Below are positions 25,280 through 32,000 of a stretch of 32,000 nt of DNA, piece after piece. Source of the DNA: Nitratidesulfovibrio vulgaris str. Hildenborough (GTDB lineage: Bacteria > Desulfobacterota > Desulfovibrionia > Desulfovibrionales > Desulfovibrionaceae); NCBI RefSeq assembly GCF_000195755.1, contig NC_002937.3, forward strand, positions 540,001 to 572,000, written 5' to 3'. The notes under the pieces are model-generated. The model was not told the DNA's origin, ran no database searches, and worked only from the letters and a program-made list of their open reading frames with translations. Position 1 is the stretch's first letter. Every line of letters begins with the position of its first letter. A program made the position numbers and the translations under genes.

Positions 25280-28200
25280 TCAATGGGCCGAACCCCAGTC
25301 CTTGCCTGCACCCCAGTCCACCAGCAGCGGTACGTCCAGTGTCACGCCTCCGGGCCGTACCTCCGACATGAGAAGGGCCAGTCGTTCGCCTGCGGCCTGT
25401 GCGTTCGCCTCCGGCACTTCGAGCATCAGTTCGTCGTGTACCTGCAGGATGAGGCGGGCCTTCAGCCCGTGCAGCACGGGGTCGTCGTGGGCGGCGAGCA
25501 TGGCGAGTTTGATGATGTCCGCCGCACTGCCCTGAATGAGCGTGTTGATGGCCTGCCGGCGGGCCTGCGAGCGCAGTTGCGTGTTCTCGGAGTGCATCTC
25601 CGGCAGCAGCCTGCGTCTGCCCGCCAGTGTGGTCACATGCCCTTGTTCGCGTGCTGCGGCCTCCACGTTGTCGTAGAAGTTGCGCAGGTGTTGCAGGCGG
25701 CTGAAGTACCGTTCGATGAACTGCTTGGCCTCGTTGACGGTGATGCGCAGTTCCTGCCCGAGTTTCTGCGGGCCCATGCCGTAGATGAGCCCGAAGTTGA
25801 TGGTCTTGGCGTTGCGGCGCTGGTCGGGCGTGACGTCCTCGGGCGCGGTATCGTAGAGCAGCCCTGCCGTGCGGCGGTGGATGTCAGCCCCTTCGCGGAA
25901 GGCGGCGAGCAGGGTCGGGTCTTGCGACATGTGCGCCAGCACCCGCAATTCGATCTGCGAATAGTCGGCCGAGACCAGCAGGTTGCCCTCTGCGGCGGTG
26001 AAGCACGAGCGCATGCGCCTGCCGAGGTCGCCCCGCGCGGGGATGTTCTGCAGGTTGGGGTTGCTCGACGAGAGTCGCCCCGTGGCGGTGGCCAGCTGGT
26101 TGAACGTGGAATGGATGCGCCCTGCGGCGTCGACCAGCTTGGGCAGCGGTTCGAGATAGGTCGAGCGCAGCTTCTCCAGCTTGCGGAAGTCGAGGATGAG
26201 GTCGACCACGGGATGCCTGCCCGAAAGCTTCTCCAGCGCGTCCTGCGAGGTGGTTGCCTGCCCGCCGCGCGTCTTGCCCACGGTGGGCAGTCCCAGCGTG
26301 CCGAAGAGCAGTTCGCCAAGCTGTTGCGCCGAGCGGATGTTGAACTGGCCTCCGGCGGCCTTGTAGACCTCCTGCGTGATGCGGTCGAGTTCGTGCTGCA
26401 CCTCGTCGAGGAAGGCGGCGAAGGCCGTACGGTCGACGGCGATGCCAGCCTCTTCCATGTCGGCGAGTACGGGCACCAGCGGCAGTTCCAGCGTGCGCAT
26501 GAGGGTATCCAGCGACGCGCCCGCCAGCCTGCCCGCCATGCCTTGCGCCATCTCCAGCGCCAGCAGTCCGGGGTTGTCGGTGGAACGGTCGAGCATGTCG
26601 CCCCATCGCGCGGCGAGGCGCGGCCAGCCGTAGTCGCGTTCTTCCGGGTCGAGAAGGTAGGCCGCAAGGCCGAGGTCGAACCATCGGTCTCCGGGGATGT
26701 CGCGCCAGATGGCATGGCTGCGCAGCAGTGCCTTCACGTCCGGCGTGGCGATGCGCTTCGCGCTGGCGAGGTGCCGCGCCAGTCCCTGCACAGGGCCGGA
26801 GTATTGCACCTCGCACCCGGCTACGGCCACGGCGAACGCCACGGGGCTGGTCGAACCGTTCTGTGTGCCGGAAACCGGAGGGCAGGTGCGGGCGGCATCG
26901 CCGCACAGCGGCACGACGGCGATGTCGCGGCCCTGACAGGGCGGCAGCCCGCGCGGGTCGGTGCATGTGGCGACGGTGTCGTTGCGGCGCGTACTCTGGT
27001 CGAAAAGGCTCGCCTGCTGGATGAGGGCGCGCTTGCGTGCCTGTGCTTCGCTGACGGGCTTGGCGCCTTTGGCGGACTTCGCGCTGGCGTCGTCGGTGGC
27101 GGCTTCCGGGGCTGCCTTGATGGCGGACTGCGCCGGGGGGCTGCCCGTCTCACGTGATGCCGCTTCAGCCGGGGCGGTCGCGTCGTCCTGCGAGGTGTGT
27201 GTGCCCGGCATTCCGCGGAGGGTACCGCCTGCGCCGGTGGCACCGGCAGGTGTATGCTCGGCATCGTTGCGGGGAGCGTCGTCGGTATCCCACGGCAGGG
27301 GCACGCCGCCTTCGCCGAAAAGGGAGCCCGGTGTGCCGGAGTCTGAAGGACGAGGTGTGGACGGTGCGGCCGGTGCCGCCATCGCGCCCGTGTCCATCGG
27401 GGCGGATGCATCGCCTGGCAGCGCAACCTGCACATGTCCGTTCCGCACCATGCCTGCGAGTTCGCGGCTGAGCGCCCGCAATTCGAACTCCTGCAGGAAG
27501 GTGGAGGCGGTGCGTGCGTCGAGGGGCTGCACCGAGAGGCGTTCCGGGGTGAGGTCGGCGCACCGGTCTATGGCGAGCGTCGTCAGCTGCCGGTAGAGGA
27601 ACATGGCGTCGAGGTGCTGCTCGAACTTCTTCTGGAGGTTGGGGGGCAGCCTGTCGAAGCCGTCGCGGATGTCCTCCAGCGTGGGGAAGTCGGCGAAAAT
27701 CTTGGACGCCGTCTTGGGGCCGACGCCCGGAATACCGGGGATGTTGTCGCTGGTGTCGCCGATGACGGCTTGCACATCAGGCCACTGGGCGGGGGTGAGC
27801 CCCGTCTCTGCCGTGAAGGAGGCGAGCGTGGTGAGCTTCTCTTCCTTCGCGCCGGGGTCCCACAGCACCACGTTGGGGTGCAGGCACTGCTTGAGGTCCT
27901 TGTCCGCACCGATGATGACGACGGGCCTTTCGTCGCGGTAGCGGGCGGCGAGGGAGGCTATGCAGTCGTCGGCTTCGCAGCCGTCCGAGACTTCAAGCGG
28001 CAGCCCCAGCGCCGTGACCATGCGGCGGATGGGTTCCAGCTGCTGCACCAGCGGTTCGGGAGTCGCTGCGCGCTGCGCCTTGTAGAGTGGAAAGAGGTCG
28101 TGGCGGAATGTCGGCCCCTTGCCATCCAGCACGAAGGCGAAATGGCGCGGCTTCTCTTCACGCAGCAGCCGCAGGAGGATGCGCGTGACGATGAACAGGG

Positions 28201-28327
28201 CGTTGGTCGGAAAGCCGTCCGACCGCTGCATGTTCTGGAAGGCGTAGAACCCCCTGAAGATGAAGGCCGAGCCATCCATGAGCCATAGGGGTTCCTGCGT
28301 GAAGCCGAGACGTTCTTTGAGTGCCAT
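25280..28327 (-). CDS. polA: DNA polymerase I
   Basis: The 5' nuclease domain has MDGSAFIFRGFYA, GADKDLKQC and GIPGVGPKTA. The polymerase domain has DYSQIELRVLAH, RRNAKTINFGLIYG and QVHDEL. A low-complexity linker of about 150 aa follows the 5' nuclease domain. Confidence 0.95.
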   Translation of the reverse strand: MALKERLGFTQEPLWLMDGSAFIFRGFYAFQNMQRSDGFPTNALFIVTRILLRLLREEKPRHFAFVLDGKGPTFRHDLFPLYKAQRAATPEPLVQQLEPIRRMVTALGLPLEVSDGCEADDCIASLAARYRDERPVVIIGADKDLKQCLHPNVVLWDPGAKEEKLTTLASFTAETGLTPAQWPDVQAVIGDTSDNIPGIPGVGPKTASKIFADFPTLEDIRDGFDRLPPNLQKKFEQHLDAMFLYRQLTTLAIDRCADLTPERLSVQPLDARTASTFLQEFELRALSRELAGMVRNGHVQVALPGDASAPMDTGAMAAPAAPSTPRPSDSGTPGSLFGEGGVPLPWDTDDAPRNDAEHTPAGATGAGGTLRGMPGTHTSQDDATAPAEAASRETGSPPAQSAIKAAPEAATDDASAKSAKGAKPVSEAQARKRALIQQASLFDQSTRRNDTVATCTDPRGLPPCQGRDIAVVPLCGDAARTCPPVSGTQNGSTSPVAFAVAVAGCEVQYSGPVQGLARHLASAKRIATPDVKALLRSHAIWRDIPGDRWFDLGLAAYLLDPEERDYGWPRLAARWGDMLDRSTDNPGLLALEMAQGMAGRLAGASLDTLMRTLELPLVPVLADMEEAGIAVDRTAFAAFLDEVQHELDRITQEVYKAAGGQFNIRSAQQLGELLFGTLGLPTVGKTRGGQATTSQDALEKLSGRHPVVDLILDFRKLEKLRSTYLEPLPKLVDAAGRIHSTFNQLATATGRLSSSNPNLQNIPARGDLGRRMRSCFTAAEGNLLVSADYSQIELRVLAHMSQDPTLLAAFREGADIHRRTAGLLYDTAPEDVTPDQRRNAKTINFGLIYGMGPQKLGQELRITVNEAKQFIERYFSRLQHLRNFYDNVEAAAREQGHVTTLAGRRRLLPEMHSENTQLRSQARRQAINTLIQGSAADIIKLAMLAAHDDPVLHGLKARLILQVHDELMLEVPEANAQAAGERLALLMSEVRPGGVTLDVPLLVDWGAGKDWGSAH

Positions 28328-28433
28328 GACCTACCGGGTGGGTTGAAGGGGCGGGCGGGGTGCCGTGTCGTGGCGGGCATGGTAACGGCTGGGGGGTGTA
28401 TCTGTAAACTGTCATGCACGCCGTGAACGCGGG

Positions 28434-28682
28434 TCATACGCGGCGACGCACATCGCGACGCCAACGGTTGAAGGGGCGGATGCACCCTTCGCCGATGCCC
28501 AGCATCCGTGCGTGTTCTTCGCTGTCGCGTGCCAGCATGCAGATGTAGCGCGTGTCTTCCCATTTGAGGAAGGGGCAGCGGTCGAGGTGGGGGAAGATGG
28601 CGCGTGCAGGAGGACACAGGGCCTTTGTGCAGCAGAAGCCGCAGCCGACGCATGGGCGTGTGGTGAAGAACCGTCCGAACAT
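28434..28682 (-). CDS. Small Cys-rich protein with a CxxCGxCC motif (mini YkgJ-like)
   Basis: 82 aa with CVGCGFCCTKALCP...RCPFL...YIC. It lies between the 4Fe-4S protein gene and polA on the same strand. Assignment to a family is tentative. Confidence 0.5.
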   Translation of the reverse strand: MFGRFFTTRPCVGCGFCCTKALCPPARAIFPHLDRCPFLKWEDTRYICMLARDSEEHARMLGIGEGCIRPFNRWRRDVRRRV

Positions 28683-28760
28683 GACTCCTCTCCCTTGCCG
28701 GGCAGCCCGGTCGTTCCCGGCATCCGTCCTGTGTCCCTTGCCGGGGTATCCCCTGTCGCG

Positions 28761-30119
28761 TTACGTGGCGACCCTGCGGATGGCACCGAGGAACCGGGAA
28801 CGCAACCTGTCGCCCATGAGAGCGCGTTTCACTGGGTCGAGTCTCAGGAATCCGCCCACCAGTCCGCGCATGAACGCCTGTGAGCGGCTGGCGGGATTGT
28901 CGAAGATGAGGTTCTGGAACGTACCACGTTCGAGGCTTTGCAGGATGACCCTCTCGAACGAGTCTTCGGGGTGGAAGACGCGCGCAGGGCGTTCTTCGAG
29001 GCGAAGTGCCCCGGTGGGGCAGCGCAGGGCGCAGACACCGCACCCGAGACACACGCTCGTGTCGACCTCCAGTCGGCGGCGGGCCTTGCCCCGGCGGGCG
29101 GTGGAAGATGCGGCCTCGTCGTCGGGCACATCGCCCCTCGCGTCGACGGTCTCGTTACTCGCCGTTCGCTGTCCGTCTTTCCGTACGACGTGCAGCGCGT
29201 CCACCGGGCAGGCGCGAACGCAAAGACCACAGCCGGTGCAGGCATCGGCATCGCATGTCGCCAGCCAGTTGGACGTGACGAGGATGCCGGTATGCCCCGT
29301 GACCTTGATGCCCCGCATGAGGTTGCAGCAACAGCCGCAGCAGTGGCAGATGAAGCCCGCATCGCGCCGGACGTTGTCTGTGGAGAGGGTGAGGCCGAGG
29401 TCGCGTGACCGTGCGAGGATGTCGAGCATCTCAGCCCTGTCGATGCGTCGTGCGAAGCCGTTGCGGATGAGGAATTCGGCCCCGCTGCCAAGGGAGGTAC
29501 ACGTTTCAAGCGGGGCGTCGCATGGTTCTTCGCCGATATGCACCTTCTCGTGGCGGCATGAGCACAGGCCCACGGCAAAGGTCGTGTGCCTGTCGACGAG
29601 TGCGCGCGCCCGTTCGTGGTCGAGAATCTCCGTCCTCGCTGCTTCTTCCACCGCCTCTTCGTGCGGCAGGGCACGCATGATGGAGATGCGTTGCCCGCTG
29701 GCGAAGTTGGCGTCGAAGAACGTCGTATCGCCGAACATGTAGTCGTTGAAGAGACGCGCCCACGTGCCGTGGGGCAGGTCGCCGCCCGTGCGCATCATGG
29801 TGAATTCGAAGATGCCGATGACGATGGGGCTTATCATGTACGTTGCTGTGTCGCCTTCACGCAGGTCGATGACCAGCCCTTTCGCACATAACGTGTCCAG
29901 CATCGCCTCGACACGTGCCCTGCCCATGCGGCACACGGCTGCGATGCGCGAGGCCGTTGCCGGACGGTAGGGCATGCAGGCCACAAGGTCGGCTTCTTCA
30001 GGGGTATAGAGTTCACGCAGCAGGGCGCGGAAGGCGGGGGTGTCCGGCGTGCGGACAGGTGTGTTGTCCAGTTTGCCCGCCAGTCTTCTGTATACGTCCT
30101 TGCCAGTGAGATGTCCCAT
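28761..30119 (-). CDS. 4Fe-4S dicluster domain protein with extra Cys clusters
   Basis: Two ferredoxin motifs are present, CTGCGLCVRACP and CLGCGVCALRCP. There are additional clusters CSCRHE...C...C and CHCCGCCC. ATG 30119 has a GGAAGG RBS, and the track's upstream extension to 30290 is low-complexity. Confidence 0.8.
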   Translation of the reverse strand: MGHLTGKDVYRRLAGKLDNTPVRTPDTPAFRALLRELYTPEEADLVACMPYRPATASRIAAVCRMGRARVEAMLDTLCAKGLVIDLREGDTATYMISPIVIGIFEFTMMRTGGDLPHGTWARLFNDYMFGDTTFFDANFASGQRISIMRALPHEEAVEEAARTEILDHERARALVDRHTTFAVGLCSCRHEKVHIGEEPCDAPLETCTSLGSGAEFLIRNGFARRIDRAEMLDILARSRDLGLTLSTDNVRRDAGFICHCCGCCCNLMRGIKVTGHTGILVTSNWLATCDADACTGCGLCVRACPVDALHVVRKDGQRTASNETVDARGDVPDDEAASSTARRGKARRRLEVDTSVCLGCGVCALRCPTGALRLEERPARVFHPEDSFERVILQSLERGTFQNLIFDNPASRSQAFMRGLVGGFLRLDPVKRALMGDRLRSRFLGAIRRVAT

Positions 30120-30128
30120 GTGCCTTCC

Positions 30129-30199
30129 TGTCGTGTGCCGTGCCGGGGAGAGGGTATGCCGTCCCCATGTATCGTGTTGCCGTGTCGTGTATGTCGTGT
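30129..30199. repeat. Repeated TGTCGTGT octamer (3 exact copies plus 1 near copy) immediately upstream of the 4Fe-4S protein gene
   Basis: Exact copies are at 30129-30136, 30183-30190 and 30192-30199. A near copy, TATCGTGT, is at 30170-30177. Confidence 0.6.
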
Positions 30200-30495
30200 G
30201 GACGTTTACGGCGAGTGTTGCCGGTCGTGAGGTGCCGCGGGCTGCATCCGTGCGGGCCGTCATCATGCCGGATGTGGGGCTACCCGTCATTCTCGGCTTT
30301 CCCGCCTCGCTTCTGCCCTATGCCTCTTCCGGCGACTTCACCGTCGCCCTTGCCATCCGTCGACTCCATCCGGTGAACCGTCACGATGGGCCTGTATCCG
30401 TGCCCCGGCCACGGTAGGCCCGGTCCGGAGGCGTGCCCGTACGCGGACGAGACGGCTACCCCGGTATCGCCGGGTGGTAGTGGTGAATCAACCAG

Positions 30496-30891
30496 TCACT
30501 GGGCCAGCCATTGGGCCCACAGCTTGCGCGAACGGGGGCCGTCCCATTCGCAGAAATAGATGCCCTGCCATGTGCCGAGGCGTACCTCGCCGCCGTCCAC
30601 GATGAGCATGAGTGAAGGGCCGAAAAGGCTCGTCTTGATGTGCGCGTCGCTGTTGCCTTCGGCATGGCGATAGTCGCCATGGCGCGGCACGAGGCGTCCC
30701 ATGTTCACGGTCATGTCGCGTGCCACGTCCGGGTCTGCGGCTTCGTTGACGGTGAGCGCACCCGTGGTATGCGGGCAGAAGAGCAGCAACGCCCCGTCAC
30801 GCCAGCCTCGTGTGCTCACGAGTTCGCGGATGGCGGACGTGATGTCGAGCATCTGTTCGCGGGTGGTGGTATGCAGGGTGATGGTCTCCAT
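30496..30891 (-). CDS. yjbQ: YjbQ/UPF0047 family protein (secondary thiamine-phosphate synthase enzyme)
   Basis: 131 aa: [18 protein letters not shown]...[21 protein letters not shown]......[15 protein letters not shown]. Only the last 131 codons of track ORF 30496..31857 belong to this gene. Confidence 0.85.
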   Translation of the reverse strand: METITLHTTTREQMLDITSAIRELVSTRGWRDGALLLFCPHTTGALTVNEAADPDVARDMTVNMGRLVPRHGDYRHAEGNSDAHIKTSLFGPSLMLIVDGGEVRLGTWQGIYFCEWDGPRSRKLWAQWLAQ

Positions 30892-31017
30892 CTTGTTCCT
30901 CCGCGAATGGGGTGGTGCCCGGTTGGACGGCCGACAGGGTAGGGCGTACGCGTCGGGGCAGAGTATGCCGTTGTGCCGGGGCGAACGCTTCGGGTCTCGG
31001 ACATCGGGTCTTGATCT

Positions 31018-31064
31018 CCGGGCCGTACGCAGCAGGCCATAGGCCCCGGGCCGTATGCAGCAGG
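31018..31064. repeat. 19-nt direct repeat (1 mismatch) with 28-bp period in the yjbQ-selB divergent region
   Basis: CCGGGCCGTACGCAGCAGG at 31018-31036 and CCGGGCCGTATGCAGCAGG at 31046-31064. Confidence 0.8.
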
Positions 31065-31240
31065 ACGGGCGCGTCGGGCGGCATCCCGTAAGAGAAAACG
31101 GGTGGCGCATGGCCCGTGCTTGAGGCACCGTGCTTTTTTGCCTACAACCACAACATGCCCTACGGCAAGGGGATGTCGCGACATGTCCCTGCCGTCCATT
31201 TCCGGCCACGCGCCGGTCACAGCTAGCATCAGGAGCGACC

Positions 31241-32000
31241 ATGCCTGTAATCATGGGCACGGCTGGACATATCGACCATGGCAAGACTTCGCTCGTCCGG
31301 GCGCTGACCGGCATCGACTGCGACCGCCTCGACGAGGAGAAACGGCGAGGCATCACCATCGAACTGGGCTTCGCCTTCTGCGACCTGCCCGGTGGCGGGC
31401 GGCTTGGCGTCGTCGACGTGCCGGGGCACGAGAAGTTCGTCCGCAACATGGTGGCAGGGGCGTCGGGCGTCGACTTCGTCATGCTGGTCATCGCCGCCGA
31501 CGAGGGCGTCATGCCGCAGACCCGCGAACATCTTGAGATATGCTCGCTGCTGGGCATCCGGCATGGTCTCGTCGCCCTCACCAAGGTGGACATGGTCGAT
31601 GCCGACTGGCTTGAACTGGCACAGGACGACGTGGCTGGATTCCTTGCCGGGACATTCCTTGAGGGTGCGCCCATCTTTCCGGTCTCCGCCGTGACAGGGC
31701 AGGGTCTCGACACCCTGCGCGAACACCTCGCCACCCTTGAACGTGAATTGCGTCCTGAACGCCGTACCGACCTCTTCCGCCTGCCCGTCGACCGGGTGTT
31801 CACCATGCGCGGGCATGGTACGGTGGTGACGGGCACCATGATATCCGGTTCGCTCAAGGTGGGGGACGATGTGGTGCTCTATCCCGAAGGGCGCACAAGC
31901 AAGGTCCGGGGGCTGCAAAGCCACGGCGGGCCTGTGGACAAGGCCCTTGCGGGGCGTCGTACCGCAGTCAACCTCCAGGGCGTGGACGTGGCCGAGGTGC
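31241..32000 (+). CDS. selB: Selenocysteine-specific translation elongation factor, 5' partial (runs off the right edge)
   Basis: Hand translation from ATG 31241 (AGGAG RBS) is open to the window end. It reads [44 protein letters not shown]...DVPGHEKF...LTKVDM...[21 protein letters not shown]. It is not in the supplied track because no stop lies in the window. Confidence 0.9.
   Translation, partial: MPVIMGTAGHIDHGKTSLVRALTGIDCDRLDEEKRRGITIELGFAFCDLPGGGRLGVVDVPGHEKFVRNMVAGASGVDFVMLVIAADEGVMPQTREHLEICSLLGIRHGLVALTKVDMVDADWLELAQDDVAGFLAGTFLEGAPIFPVSAVTGQGLDTLREHLATLERELRPERRTDLFRLPVDRVFTMRGHGTVVTGTMISGSLKVGDDVVLYPEGRTSKVRGLQSHGGPVDKALAGRRTAVNLQGVDVAEV

Noticed and set aside
24257-27157. 966-aa plus-strand ORF, the second longest in the track
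   Set aside because: It is antisense to the rlmI-like gene and polA, whose products have unambiguous motifs. It has an extreme Gly/Arg/Ala/Val composition and no domain I recognise.
28552-29742. 396-aa plus-strand ORF
   Set aside because: It is antisense to the 4Fe-4S protein and the small Cys-rich gene. It is Arg/Ser/Pro-rich and low-complexity.
30892-31857. Upstream 322 codons of the 453-aa minus-strand ORF 30496..31857
   Set aside because: Only the last 131 codons form the YjbQ-family protein, with a start at 30891. The rest is Ser/Arg/Pro-rich and antisense to selB.

Overview
The window is GC-rich bacterial chromosome. By eye its gene content resembles a Desulfovibrio-type sulfate reducer, but that is an impression, not a search result. 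Most of it is core housekeeping: icd, hldD, mutL, purE/purD, argC, polA, an rlmI-like gene, yjbQ, and the 5' part of selB, which the ORF track misses. Mixed in are signalling genes: a phosphatase-like metallophosphoesterase next to a Hanks kinase, a receiver-PAS-histidine kinase, an EAL-HDOD gene and an HD-GYP gene. There is also a FetAB-like ABC exporter and several Cys-rich or Fe-S proteins. The left 2.3 kb differs: it is visibly AT-rich and carries an acyltransferase-3 gene split by a 1.2 kb IS481-family element. The distal half of that gene is only visible by hand translation. The EAL-HDOD gene is broken by a frameshift at a (GC)n run. Many long ORFs in the track are antisense shadows typical of high-GC DNA and are rejected. 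I found no CRISPR array, tRNA or rRNA, and no clear defence or novel multi-gene system. The most system-like candidate is the phosphatase / kinase-DUF1566 / Cys-cluster trio at 3608-6878.
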